From an uncultured Lachnospiraceae bacterium (lineage in GTDB: Bacteria > Bacillota > Clostridia > Oscillospirales > CAG-272): a stretch of DNA of 37,365 nt. A program made the translations under genes and the position numbers. A model generated the notes under the pieces. That model saw only the letters and a program-made list of their open reading frames with translations, ran no database searches and was not told where the DNA came from. Shown here in pieces: positions 26,728-35,996 of this stretch (position 1 is its first letter; the number at the start of each line of letters is the position of its first letter). The DNA lies in contig CAZONA010000003.1 in the NCBI GenBank assembly GCA_964581025.1, positions 1 through 37,365 on the forward strand. The letters run 5' to 3'.

Positions 26728-27333
26728 TCAGTTCGGCACGCCGAACTCTCCGTAGGGGTAAATGCGAAGCACCACCTTGCCTATCACCGTCCGCTCGTCG
26801 ACAAAGCCGACCGAGAGGGAACGGCTGTCAAGGGAATTGTTCCTGTTGTCGCCCATAACGAAAAGATACCCCTCCGGCACGTGATACGTCTGCACACCCG
26901 TCATTCTGTACGAGCCGCCCTCGAGATAAACGTATCCGCTCTCGTCCACCAGATCATTTTCGTCAAAAACATCGTCCTCGGAAACGTAGAGCAGCCCGTT
27001 GTCGAAATCTATCTTCACCCACTTGCCGCCCGTAGCGATAACACGCTTGACAAGCGGCTCGTTGAGCGATCCCGTCTTGTGAAATACGATAATGTCCCCC
27101 TCGCCGGGCTCGTAAAACAGATTGCTTATCACAAGCCTCTGCCCGTGAACGAGCGTGCCCATCATCGAAGAACCGTTGACCGTGCATACCCTGAAAAATA
27201 TCAGATAAACGATCATCACACCGATAACGGCGAAAAGTAAAGTCTCAAAAATATTCTGAATTATTCTAACGCTTTTTTTCTGCGACGGGGAAGTGCTGAT
27301 CTCCGTCTCCGCATTCGTATTTTCAAGCTCCAA
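26728..27333 (-). CDS. lepB: Signal peptidase I
   Basis: I prefer the TTG at 27333, which lies 6 nt after AAAGGAGGA, over the ORF-track start at 27411. One TM segment, the catalytic-Ser box GSSMMGT, KRVIATGG (catalytic Lys) and GDNRNNSLDSR. Confidence 0.8.
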   Translation of the reverse strand: MELENTNAETEISTSPSQKKSVRIIQNIFETLLFAVIGVMIVYLIFFRVCTVNGSSMMGTLVHGQRLVISNLFYEPGEGDIIVFHKTGSLNEPLVKRVIATGGKWVKIDFDNGLLYVSEDDVFDENDLVDESGYVYLEGGSYRMTGVQTYHVPEGYLFVMGDNRNNSLDSRSLSVGFVDERTVIGKVVLRIYPYGEFGVPN

Positions 27334-27382
27334 AACGGTTCCTCCTTTCTTGCGCCATACAAATTTAGATAAATATATATAA

Positions 27383-27411
27383 ATTATAACACACTTTTCT
27401 CCCCAAGACAA
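27383..27411 (-). promoter_or_regulatory. Sigma-A promoter (extended -10) of the lepB-rbgA-rnhB-yraN-dipeptidase-thrC string
   Basis: Read on the minus strand: TTGTCT (27406-27411), 17-nt spacer ending in TGt, TATAAT (27383-27388). Confidence 0.6.
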
Positions 27412-27459
27412 GATTTTTTTGAAAATTAAGAAAAAATATAAAAAGTTGATAAAAAATTA

Positions 27460-27488
27460 TTGACACAGCCGAAAAAATGTGGTACTAT
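27460..27488 (+). promoter_or_regulatory. Sigma-A promoter of the nfeD-SPFH operon
   Basis: TTGACA (27460-27465), 17-nt spacer, TACTAT (27483-27488). Confidence 0.6.
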
Positions 27489-27615
27489 AGTATGACACAA
27501 AATATTGAACCGTGATATCGAGTCGATATCGGATTGGGCCTTTCTCGTTTGAGATATCCGATGCAGGCACGGATTGCGGCTTCGGTATTTAATTCTTATA
27601 GAGGAGAAAAAATAT

Positions 27616-28080
27616 ATGCTTGAATATGCTTTAAGTCTTTTGTGGCTTGTTGTGCTCGTCCTCGCTATCGTTTTTGAGGTCCGCACACCAAGTGATGTAG
27701 TTTCGGTATGGTTTATGCCTGCCGCAGCAGTGGCTCTCCTGCTCTCGTTTGTAAAGAGCGGCGATAGCCTTAAGGATTTTGCGATACAGGTCGCAGCTTT
27801 TGCGGTCGTTTCGCTCGTTTCGCTTCTTATATTTAAGATCGCTTTCAATAAGAAGCTTAAGAAGACCAAGAAGGGCAAGACCAACATCACCGCTCTTATC
27901 GGTGAGAAGTGCCTTGTCGTAGAGGATATCTCCAACATCCATGTTAAAGGCTCGGTAAATCTCAAGGGTGCTATTTGGAGTGCACGTTCGGTTGATGACA
28001 ATGATTACATTGAAGCAGGTACGATCGTAGTTGTCGATAGAATCGACGGCGTTAAGCTCGTATGCTCGAGAGAAAAGTAA
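27616..28080 (+). CDS. NfeD-family membrane protein
   Basis: The ATG at 27616 follows GAGGAG. Three N-terminal TM segments and a C-terminal OB-like domain (GKTNITALIGEKCLVVEDI...GAIWSARS). Paired with a downstream SPFH gene. Confidence 0.8.
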   Translation: MLEYALSLLWLVVLVLAIVFEVRTPSDVVSVWFMPAAAVALLLSFVKSGDSLKDFAIQVAAFAVVSLVSLLIFKIAFNKKLKKTKKGKTNITALIGEKCLVVEDISNIHVKGSVNLKGAIWSARSVDDNDYIEAGTIVVVDRIDGVKLVCSREK

Positions 28081-28097
28081 GATAGGAGGACGGAAAC

Positions 28098-29039
28098 ATG
28101 ACTGATATACTTATTGTTGCGGGTGCTCTCGTACTTTTGGGCGTACTCATCGCAGTTGCTAACCTTAGAATCGTCCCCCAGTCCAAAGCGTATGTTATGG
28201 AAAGACTCGGTGTCTACTCCAGAACGTGGCATACGGGACTTCATATCAAATTGCCCTTCATCGAGAGACCTGCAAGAATAGTTAATCTTAAGGAGCAGAT
28301 AATCGACTCCGATGAACAGGATGTTATCACGAAGGATAACGTTCGTATGAGAATAGACGCCGTCGTGTTCTATCAGATCACCGACTGCAAGCTCTATGCT
28401 TACGGACATAACAATCCCGAGGACGCTATCTCCAAGCTTACCGCTACGACTCTCCGTAACCTTATCGGTGATCTTGAGCTTGATGCTACACTTACGTCGA
28501 GAGATCTCATCAATGCACAGATGAGAACAATCCTTGATGAAGCCGCAGATGCTTGGGGTATCAGAGTTACTCGTGTTGAAATTCAGAACATAATTCCTCC
28601 TAAGCAGATTCAGGATGCCATGGAGAAGCAGATGGTCGCAGAGCGTACTCGCCGTGAGCAGATAATTCTTGCAGAGGCTGCAAGAAAGTCCGCTATACTT
28701 AAGGCAGAGGGTATTAAGCAGGCTACCATCCTTGAAGCAGAGGGTGAAAAACAGGCTGAGATACTTGCCGCCGAAGCTCGCAGAGAAGCGATGATCTGTG
28801 AGGCAGAGGGTGAAGCTGAGGCTATTCTTCAGGTTCAGCAGGCTACCGCAGAAGGTGTTAAGATGCTTAACTCCTCCGAACCTACTAAGGAATCTCTCTC
28901 CATCTACCTCGGCACAAGAAGCCTTGAAGCATTTGAAAAGGCTGCCGACGGTCAGGCTACCAAGATCATCATCCCCTCCGAGATTCAGGGACTTGCAGGA
29001 CTTGCGTCCAGCGCATCCGAGATCTTCAAGGCTGAATGA
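28098..29039 (+). CDS. SPFH/Band 7 (stomatin/prohibitin-like) protein
   Basis: 313 aa. N-terminal TM segment, then the SPFH core (VPQSKAYVMERLG...ITKDNV...VVFYQITD...LRNLIG) and an Ala/Glu-rich coiled coil. Confidence 0.9.
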   Translation: MTDILIVAGALVLLGVLIAVANLRIVPQSKAYVMERLGVYSRTWHTGLHIKLPFIERPARIVNLKEQIIDSDEQDVITKDNVRMRIDAVVFYQITDCKLYAYGHNNPEDAISKLTATTLRNLIGDLELDATLTSRDLINAQMRTILDEAADAWGIRVTRVEIQNIIPPKQIQDAMEKQMVAERTRREQIILAEAARKSAILKAEGIKQATILEAEGEKQAEILAAEARREAMICEAEGEAEAILQVQQATAEGVKMLNSSEPTKESLSIYLGTRSLEAFEKAADGQATKIIIPSEIQGLAGLASSASEIFKAE

Positions 29040-29070
29040 TAAGACTGAAGCATATATGATTTTATACTCA

Positions 29071-29099
29071 AGGACACGGTTTTCCGTGTCCTTTTTTTT
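29071..29099 (+). terminator. Rho-independent terminator
   Basis: AGGACACGG-tttt-CCGTGTCCT followed by T7. Confidence 0.85.
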
Positions 29100-29119
29100 G
29101 CGTAAATTTGAAAAAACCT

Positions 29120-29148
29120 TTGACAAACGCATACCTATGTTGTATAAT
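29120..29148 (+). promoter_or_regulatory. Sigma-A promoter of rsmE
   Basis: TTGACA (29120-29125), 17-nt spacer, TATAAT (29143-29148). Confidence 0.7.
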
Positions 29149-29184
29149 ATAGTAAGAAAAAATATACGACAGATTGGAGTCCCC

Positions 29185-29928
29185 ATGCCGAGATTTTTTG
29201 TTACATCGCAACAAATAGAAAATGAACATATCTATATCACCGGCGACGATGCCCACCATATATCCCGTTCCTTGCGAATGGCGTGCGGCGAGCATATAAC
29301 CGTAACCGACGAGTGCGGCTATGAGTACGACTGCACCCTCGACGGCTTCGAGGAGGGCAGAGTCTCCGCCAAGATCATCGCCCACAAGCTCTCCGATACC
29401 GAGCCTCCCGTCCGTGTCCACCTCTACCAAGCGCTTCCCAAGGGGGACAAGCTCGACCTCATCATTCAAAAAGCGGTCGAGTGCGGTGCGTATGACATCA
29501 CCCCGTTCGAGAGCGAAAGATGCGTCGTCCATATCAAGCCCGAGGCGGAAGCACGCAAAACGGAGCGCAGAGCGAGAATAGCACTTGAAGCGGCAAAGCA
29601 GTGCGGCAGAGCCGTAATTCCGAAAATATCTCCCTCCGTCAGCTTCGAAGCGATGCTTGACCTCGCAAAATGCTCCGACGCCGTCCTCTTTTGCTACGAG
29701 GGCAAAAATACCGTGCCCATGAAGACCGCACTCCGAAAATTGCGTGCCGAGCGTGAGCTGCACGATATCGCCGTCGTCATCGGTAGCGAGGGCGGATTTT
29801 CCGAAACGGAAGCGGAGCACGCCATCGAGCACGGATTTCTCCCGATCGGACTTGGAAAGCGTATACTTCGAACCGAGACCGCCTCAATATTCGCCCTCGC
29901 CTCGCTCGTTTATGAGCTTGAATTGTGA
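29185..29928 (+). CDS. rsmE: 16S rRNA (uracil1498-N3)-methyltransferase RsmE
   Basis: The internal ATG at 29185 gives MPRFFV..., the canonical RsmE N-terminus. HHISRSLRM, IIQKAVECG and GSEGGFS motifs follow. The longer ORF-track start at 28798 would overlap the SPFH gene, its terminator and the promoter. Confidence 0.85.
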   Translation: MPRFFVTSQQIENEHIYITGDDAHHISRSLRMACGEHITVTDECGYEYDCTLDGFEEGRVSAKIIAHKLSDTEPPVRVHLYQALPKGDKLDLIIQKAVECGAYDITPFESERCVVHIKPEAEARKTERRARIALEAAKQCGRAVIPKISPSVSFEAMLDLAKCSDAVLFCYEGKNTVPMKTALRKLRAERELHDIAVVIGSEGGFSETEAEHAIEHGFLPIGLGKRILRTETASIFALASLVYELEL

Positions 29929-30007
29929 ATTTTGCACAATGAGTACGGATTTTACGAAAAAGATATCAAAAAAAATTAAAAAATTATAAAAAATATCAAA
30001 AGACCTA

Positions 30008-30036
30008 TTGAAAAATCACAAAAAATAGTGTACAAT
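30008..30036 (+). promoter_or_regulatory. Sigma-A promoter of the PucR-family regulator gene
   Basis: TTGAAA (30008-30013), 17-nt spacer, TACAAT (30031-30036). Preceded by phased A-tracts. Confidence 0.6.
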
Positions 30037-30089
30037 ATAGTGTAGTATGTACAAAAGCGATTAAAGCTTATGAATGAGAGGTTAAAGTT

Positions 30090-31175
30090 ATGTCAAACAG
30101 ATTATTTCAGGGCGTTGTTCATCAAATGAAGGATGCCGTCGACCGCGTCATCGGCGTAGTCGATGAAAACGGAGTTGTTGTAGCTTGCTCTGAGCTCGTC
30201 AAGATCGGCGAGGTAAGGCAGGGAGTTGCCGAGGAGATCTCGTACTCGCCAAAGACCTTTACTTATCTCGGAACAACCTATAGCCCGATCACGTCCGGCT
30301 CGAGATCCGAGTACTTCGTTTTCGTCGAGGGTGAGGACAGAACGGCTGAGAGATACGCAAAGATTCTCGTCGTCTCCTTTACCAACATAAAAAATCTATA
30401 CGATGAAAAATACGATAAGGGCTCCTTCATCAAGAATATCATACTTGATAATATCCTTCCGAGCGACATATATATTAAGAGCAAGGAGCTGCATTTCAAC
30501 ACCGAGGAGATCCGCATAGTGTTTCTCGTGAAGTTCTACGGCAAGACGGATATGATGCCCTTTGAGATGGTGCAGAATATGTTCCCCGATAAGTCGAAAG
30601 ACTATGTTATAAGCGTCGGCGAGCAGGACGTCGTCATCGTTAAGGATATCAAGCCCGGCACGGATCAGCGAGACATTGAGAAAATGGCGGCAAATATCGT
30701 CAATACTCTCAATAACGACTATTACGCAAAGGTCGCAATAGGAATTTCCTCCGTGGTGGATAATATCAAGGATCTCGCAAAGGCGTATAAAGAGGCGCAG
30801 GTCGCCCTCGACGTCGGTAAGGTCTTTGAAACGGAAAAGAACATAATCAGCTACGAAAATCTCGGAATAGGCAGACTTATATATCAGCTTCCCACGACCA
30901 TGTGCGAGATGTTCCTTCAGGAGGTTTTCAAGAAGGGCAGCCTCGACTCGCTCGATAAGGAAACGCTGATGACGATCCAGTGCTTCTTTGAAAACAACCT
31001 TAACGTTTCCGAAACCTCAAGAAAGCTTTTCGTTCATAGAAATACACTCGTCTATAGACTTGAAAAGATACGCAAGCTCACAGGACTTGACCTGCGTGAA
31101 TTCGAGCATGCGATAACCTTCAAGGTCGCCTTGATGGTACAAAAATATCTGAGATCTGTATCCTCAAAATATTGA
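30090..31175 (+). CDS. PucR/CdaR-family transcriptional regulator
   Basis: 361 aa. The C-terminal PucR-type HTH is NVSETSRKLFVHRNTLVYRLEKIRKLTGLD. The N-terminal region is a putative sensor. Confidence 0.8.
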   Translation: MSNRLFQGVVHQMKDAVDRVIGVVDENGVVVACSELVKIGEVRQGVAEEISYSPKTFTYLGTTYSPITSGSRSEYFVFVEGEDRTAERYAKILVVSFTNIKNLYDEKYDKGSFIKNIILDNILPSDIYIKSKELHFNTEEIRIVFLVKFYGKTDMMPFEMVQNMFPDKSKDYVISVGEQDVVIVKDIKPGTDQRDIEKMAANIVNTLNNDYYAKVAIGISSVVDNIKDLAKAYKEAQVALDVGKVFETEKNIISYENLGIGRLIYQLPTTMCEMFLQEVFKKGSLDSLDKETLMTIQCFFENNLNVSETSRKLFVHRNTLVYRLEKIRKLTGLDLREFEHAITFKVALMVQKYLRSVSSKY

Positions 31176-31181
31176 TCGCCT

Positions 31182-31212
31182 CAAGCGAAACGGATGCTCT
31201 CCGTTTCGCTTG
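31182..31212 (+). terminator. 13-bp hairpin between the regulator gene and the S41 protease gene (weak terminator or attenuator)
   Basis: CAAGCGAAACGGA-tgctc-TCCGTTTCGCTTG. The trailing U-tract is poor (GTGTCGTTCATT). Confidence 0.4.
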
Positions 31213-31262
31213 GTGTCGTTCATTAAGATGATTTGCCCCGAGTGGCAGAATGGAGATTTGTT

Positions 31263-32651
31263 ATGAAAAAAAATCTGATACTGTCGATCACGTCCCTCGT
31301 GATCGCACTCGTTATTATCACAAGTGCCTGCGTCTCGTGCATCATAGTTGAACCGAACATCACGACCACGACCAAAAATAATATCGAAAGCCCCGACGGA
31401 AGCACCGCATCCTACGATTATAGGGATACCTTCTACCTCATCGACGCACTCGTAAGGAACTATTCCATATTCGACGTCGATTATGAAAAGGCACTCATTT
31501 CCGCAATACGTGCGTATCTTGAGATCACCGGAGATAAATATGCGGTGTTCTATACCCCCGAGGAATACGAGGAACTTATGTCCGATAATCAGGGCGACCT
31601 CTACGGAATAGGCGTTCAGGTAATTTTCGATTACGAGGGCTATTTTATGGAGATCGTAATGATAATGCCCGATTCACCCGCACAGGGAACGCTCGAGGTC
31701 GGCGATAAGGTAACGCATATCGTCGCAGACGGAGAAACGGTCGCTATCGCCGATATAGTTGAAAGTAATAAGGAAAAGCTTTCCGAGCTTTATCCCACTT
31801 ATACCGACGAGGAGATCAATAACGCCGCTTGCTATGAAACCTTCCAGTACGCCGTCTCCAAGCTTAAGGGCGCAGAGGGAACTTATGCCGAATTCACCGT
31901 CGACAGAAACGGAGAATCCAAGCCCCTCAGCGTAAAGAGAGCAAAGGTAACCTCCGTGAGCGTTACCTGTAAGACTTCCACAAGGGATAGCAGCGTCGGT
32001 ATCGTTCGTATAAGCGAATTCGATCTTACCACCCCCACACAGTTCAAGAGCTGTATGGATGAGCTCATAGCCTCCGGCTGTGATAAATTCGTATTTGACC
32101 TGCGTAATAACCCCGGCGGAGATCTCGCCTCGGTCGTCGCAGTCCTCAGTACGCTTTTGCAAAAGAACGACGTCATCCTCTCCACTAAGGATTCGAGCGG
32201 AACCGTCGAGATAACCAAGGTAAATACCGTCAAATATGCCGCATCCTCCGCATATTCGACCTGTAACGTTACAAACGAGGATATAGGAAAGTACAGCGGC
32301 TATGATATGGTCGTGCTCGCCAACGGAAACTCGGCAAGTGCCGCAGAGCTCTTCACATCCGCACTTCGCGATCACGAGCTTGCACAGATCGTCGGCGAAA
32401 AGACCTATGGCAAGGGAAGCATGCAGAGCATAATCTCGCTTTCCGCCTACGGCGAGGAGTACTACGGAGCACTTAAGCTCACCACCAAGCTCTATTTCCC
32501 ACCCTGCGGAATAGGCTATGACGGCGGCATCGGAATTGAGCCCAATTATACCGTCGAGCTTGAGGGAGAAGCGGCAAATATCAACTTCTATAAGCTGACC
32601 GAGGACATTGATAATCAACTTCAGAAAGCCGTTTCCGTGTTGATCGATTAA
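31263..32651 (+). CDS. S41-family C-terminal processing peptidase (CtpA/CtpB-like) with N-terminal membrane anchor
   Basis: The ATG at 31263 follows GGAGA. One TM/signal anchor, a PDZ-like region (PDSPAQGTLEVGDKVTHI), an S41 core (DLRNNPGGDL) and GNSASAAELF (catalytic Ser). Confidence 0.85.
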   Translation: MKKNLILSITSLVIALVIITSACVSCIIVEPNITTTTKNNIESPDGSTASYDYRDTFYLIDALVRNYSIFDVDYEKALISAIRAYLEITGDKYAVFYTPEEYEELMSDNQGDLYGIGVQVIFDYEGYFMEIVMIMPDSPAQGTLEVGDKVTHIVADGETVAIADIVESNKEKLSELYPTYTDEEINNAACYETFQYAVSKLKGAEGTYAEFTVDRNGESKPLSVKRAKVTSVSVTCKTSTRDSSVGIVRISEFDLTTPTQFKSCMDELIASGCDKFVFDLRNNPGGDLASVVAVLSTLLQKNDVILSTKDSSGTVEITKVNTVKYAASSAYSTCNVTNEDIGKYSGYDMVVLANGNSASAAELFTSALRDHELAQIVGEKTYGKGSMQSIISLSAYGEEYYGALKLTTKLYFPPCGIGYDGGIGIEPNYTVELEGEAANINFYKLTEDIDNQLQKAVSVLID

Positions 32652-32682
32652 AAAATTCATTATAATAACAGGAGAATTTATT

Positions 32683-33171
32683 ATGGCTAAGGCAAAACAA
32701 ATGTTGTATACAAAGGAAGGCTTTCAGGCACTTCAGGCTGAGCTCAAGGAGCGTCAGACCGTAAAGCGTGAGGAGATTAAAGAGGCGATAGCCGTCGCTC
32801 GCTCCTACGGAGACCTTTCGGAGAACTCGGAGTACGACGAGGCGAGAAACGAACAGGCTAAGAACGAAGCGAGAATACTCGAGCTCCAAGCACTCATAGA
32901 TAACGCCCTCATCGTCGATGAGAACGCAATAGATACAAGCATAGTAAGTATCGGATCGACCGTTCGGGTGTTTAATGATAAGCTCGGACGTGAGATCGAA
33001 TATAATATCGTCGGCTCAAACGAGGTAGATCCGCTCGCAGGTAAGATATCGGATCAGTCCCCCATAGGTCATGCTCTCATGGGCAGAGCCGCAAGCTCGG
33101 AGAAGATAACCGTCGACGCCCCCGCCGGCTCTCTCACGGTTACAATTCTCGAAGTAACAAGAAGACAATAA
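32683..33171 (+). CDS. greA: Transcription elongation factor GreA
   Basis: 162 aa. The motifs ARSYGDLSENSEYDEARNEQ and SDQSPIGHALMG are present. Confidence 0.95.
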   Translation: MAKAKQMLYTKEGFQALQAELKERQTVKREEIKEAIAVARSYGDLSENSEYDEARNEQAKNEARILELQALIDNALIVDENAIDTSIVSIGSTVRVFNDKLGREIEYNIVGSNEVDPLAGKISDQSPIGHALMGRAASSEKITVDAPAGSLTVTILEVTRRQ

Positions 33172-33186
33172 TCATCGGAGGTCGAG

Positions 33187-34698
33187 ATGACAGATATAAA
33201 CCCAGTAAACGAAGAGCTCCTCTCCGAAGAAGAGGAGCGAGAACTTAATTCCGTACTTCAGATAAGACGTGATAAGCTCGCCGCACTCAGAGAATCGGGA
33301 AACGATCCCTTCCTGAAAGTAAAGTACGATTTCGATACCTATAGCGTCGATATCAAAAATAATTTCGACGAATATAACGAAAAGGACGTCAAGATCGCCG
33401 GCAGAATTATGAGCCGTCGTGATATGGGTAAGGCAAACTTCATCGACGTTATGGACGGAAAGGGCAGAATACAGTGCTATATCCGTGTAAACGACGTCGG
33501 CGAGGAGGTTTTCGAGCAGTATAAGAAATGGGATATCGGCGATATTGTCGGCATCTCCGGTAAGGTCTTTATGACTCGCCGCGGCGAGATCTCCGTCCAT
33601 GTTTACGAGATCGAGCTCCTCGCAAAATCCCTCCTGCCTCTCCCCGAAAAGTTCCACGGACTCAGAGATACCGATATGCGCTACCGCCAGAGATATGTCG
33701 ACCTCATAATGAATCCCGAGGTCAAGGATACCTTCGTAAAGCGTAGCCTTATCCTCAAGTATATCAGAGAATATCTTGACGGAAAGGGATTTTTGGAGGT
33801 CGATACCCCCATACTCGTTCCGCTTGAGATCGGAGCGTCCGCACGCCCCTTCAAAACGCATCATAATACTCTCGATATGGATATGTACCTCAGAATAGAG
33901 ACCGAGCTCTACTTGAAACGCCTCATCGTCGGCGGTATGGATAGAGTTTACGAGGTCGGACGTATCTTCAGAAACGAGGGTATGGACACTAAGCATAACC
34001 CCGAATTTACCACCGTCGAGCTTTATCAGGCATTTACCGATTATAAGGGCATGATGGATCTCGTCGAGGAAATGTATAAAACGCTTGCCGAAAAGGTCTG
34101 TGGCAGTACTTCAATCACCTATCAGGGTAAGGAGATCGACCTCTCCAAGTGGGAGCGTCTTACAATGGTAGAAGCAGTCAAGAAATATTCCGGCTGCGAT
34201 TATAACGATTGGAATACCGATGAGGACGCAAGAGCATGTGCTAAGGAGCACCACGTCGAAGTCCCCGAAAACGCAACTAAGGGCACAGTCCTTGTCGAAT
34301 TCTTCGACGCATTCGTCGAGGAACACCTCATCCAGCCCACGTTCATCTACGATTACCCCGTAGAGAATAGCCCCCTCGCTAAGCGTAAAGCAAGCGATCC
34401 CGCATTTACGGAAAGATTTGAGTACTTCATCAACGCAACCGAATTCGGTAACGCATTCAGCGAGCTTAACGATCCCATAGATCAAAAGGAACGCTTCGAG
34501 CGTCAGGTCGCCGCTAAGCTTAAGGAAGAGCCGGAATCGCACGCAGAGGTAGATTACGACTACGTAACCGCACTCGAATACGGACTTGCCCCCACGGGCG
34601 GTCTCGGATTCGGCGTCGATAGACTCGTAATGCTCCTCACCGACTCCGCATCCATCCGAGATGTACTCCTTTTCCCGACAATGAAACCCATCGACTAA
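33187..34698 (+). CDS. lysS: Lysine--tRNA ligase (class II)
   Basis: 503 aa. OB anticodon-binding domain, RQRYVDLI, motif 2 (FRNEG), and motif 3 (GLGFGVDRLVMLLT). Confidence 0.96.
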   Translation: MTDINPVNEELLSEEEERELNSVLQIRRDKLAALRESGNDPFLKVKYDFDTYSVDIKNNFDEYNEKDVKIAGRIMSRRDMGKANFIDVMDGKGRIQCYIRVNDVGEEVFEQYKKWDIGDIVGISGKVFMTRRGEISVHVYEIELLAKSLLPLPEKFHGLRDTDMRYRQRYVDLIMNPEVKDTFVKRSLILKYIREYLDGKGFLEVDTPILVPLEIGASARPFKTHHNTLDMDMYLRIETELYLKRLIVGGMDRVYEVGRIFRNEGMDTKHNPEFTTVELYQAFTDYKGMMDLVEEMYKTLAEKVCGSTSITYQGKEIDLSKWERLTMVEAVKKYSGCDYNDWNTDEDARACAKEHHVEVPENATKGTVLVEFFDAFVEEHLIQPTFIYDYPVENSPLAKRKASDPAFTERFEYFINATEFGNAFSELNDPIDQKERFERQVAAKLKEEPESHAEVDYDYVTALEYGLAPTGGLGFGVDRLVMLLTDSASIRDVLLFPTMKPID

Positions 34699-34701
34699 AT
34701 C

Positions 34702-34741
34702 AAAATCCCTGTAATCTTCACAAGATTACAGGGATTTTTTC
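34702..34741 (+). terminator. Rho-independent terminator of greA-lysS
   Basis: ATCCCTGTAATCTT-cac-AAGATTACAGGGAT (14-bp stem) followed by T6. Confidence 0.88.
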
Positions 34742-34791
34742 TTATTGTCCGTAGTCCGCTAAAATATTTTTCGAAAATTGCTAAACGGCAG

Positions 34792-34820
34792 TTGACACTT
34801 TTTCCGATTAATGATATAAT
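34792..34820 (+). promoter_or_regulatory. Sigma-A promoter with extended -10
   Basis: TTGACA (34792-34797), 17-nt spacer ending in TGa, TATAAT (34815-34820). Confidence 0.7.
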
Positions 34821-34865
34821 GAATTTGGATAATATCCGCAAAAAAGTAAACAGGAGGCACTCTCT

Positions 34866-35963
34866 ATGAAACAGGTTCTGATAGCAATTCTCGCAATAAT
34901 AATCGTATGTATTTTGACCTTCCTCGGAATATATGCCACTCGTATCGCAACCGTGGCGTCGATCGAAAAGATCACCTCATACGAAGACGGCTTTGATCTG
35001 TATACTGTGAATATCAAGTACGATTACAGCATCGACGACATCATCGACTATGGAATTACCGATAACCAATCAATGTTCGATGCAATTCTCGCCGAGGCTC
35101 TACCTCTGCTTCCGATATCCCTGAAAGCACCCGATTTCGGCTGCACGGCTTTTCAGCTTGCGACCGAGGACGGCAATGAGCTTATGGGAAGAAACTACGA
35201 TTTCAAGAAAAACACCTCCGCAATGCTCGTCTATTGCGAGCCCAAGGACGGCTACAGCTCCGTCGCCTTTGCGGCACTCAATAACGTTTCCGCAGATCAC
35301 CCCGATGAGAGCATAGCCAAGAGAATGGCAACCCTCACAGCCCCCTTTATCTGCCTTGACGGTATGAACGAAAAGGGCGTTTCGATAGCCGTTCTCGTGG
35401 TCGACAGCACACCTGTAAATCAGGATACCGGCAAGCCCACCATCTTCACGACTCTCGCAATACGCCTCGTCCTTGACAGAGCGGCAACTACCGAGGAAGC
35501 GGTCGAGCTTCTGCGTCAGTACGATATGTTCGCCTCGTCGGGAAAGGATTATCACTTCTATATCAACGACGCAAGCGGAGACGGCAGAGTAGTGGAATAT
35601 GACTGCGACAGCGAAACCCGTGAGCTTGTGGCAACGCCCGTTGATGTTGTTACAAACTTCTATACCATCTACGCAGATCGAGTCCTGCCGAATCAGAGAA
35701 ACGGAATCTACGGGCACGGCAAGGAGCGTTATGAGGCAGTCCTCGAGGTTTTCGAGGAGCAAAAGGGCAATCACATATACACAACCGCTTGGGACGCACT
35801 CGTCGCCGCATCGCAAGCTCCGAACACCGAATCTCTCACAAGTAACACCCAGTGGTCGATCGTATATAATAATACCGACCTCACCGCAGAGATAGTCATC
35901 CGCCGCCATTGGAACGACGTCTATTCCTATGACCTCGGCGAAAATAAACTCACACTTAAATAA
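34866..35963 (+). CDS. Linear amide C-N hydrolase, choloylglycine hydrolase (Ntn) family, membrane-anchored/secreted
   Basis: 365 aa. An N-terminal TM/signal segment is followed by the GCTAFQL...GRNYDF Ntn-Cys nucleophile context typical of the family. Confidence 0.75.
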   Translation: MKQVLIAILAIIIVCILTFLGIYATRIATVASIEKITSYEDGFDLYTVNIKYDYSIDDIIDYGITDNQSMFDAILAEALPLLPISLKAPDFGCTAFQLATEDGNELMGRNYDFKKNTSAMLVYCEPKDGYSSVAFAALNNVSADHPDESIAKRMATLTAPFICLDGMNEKGVSIAVLVVDSTPVNQDTGKPTIFTTLAIRLVLDRAATTEEAVELLRQYDMFASSGKDYHFYINDASGDGRVVEYDCDSETRELVATPVDVVTNFYTIYADRVLPNQRNGIYGHGKERYEAVLEVFEEQKGNHIYTTAWDALVAASQAPNTESLTSNTQWSIVYNNTDLTAEIVIRRHWNDVYSYDLGENKLTLK

Positions 35964-35968
35964 ACTCC

Positions 35969-35996
35969 AAAGGGACTGCTTAGCAGTCCCTTTTTT
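35969..35996 (+). terminator. Rho-independent terminator
   Basis: AAAGGGACTGC-tta-GCAGTCCCTTT followed by a T-run. Confidence 0.85.

Noticed and set aside
28798-29184. N-terminal extension of the rsmE ORF in the ORF track. Similar extensions exist at 16933-17016, 27334-27411, 9633-9701, 15090-15122, 27574-27615, 31233-31262 and 21261-21287.
   Set aside because: The extensions overlap upstream genes, terminators or promoters, use non-ATG starts without an RBS, and translate to low-complexity sequence. Internal starts with good RBSs give canonical N-termini.
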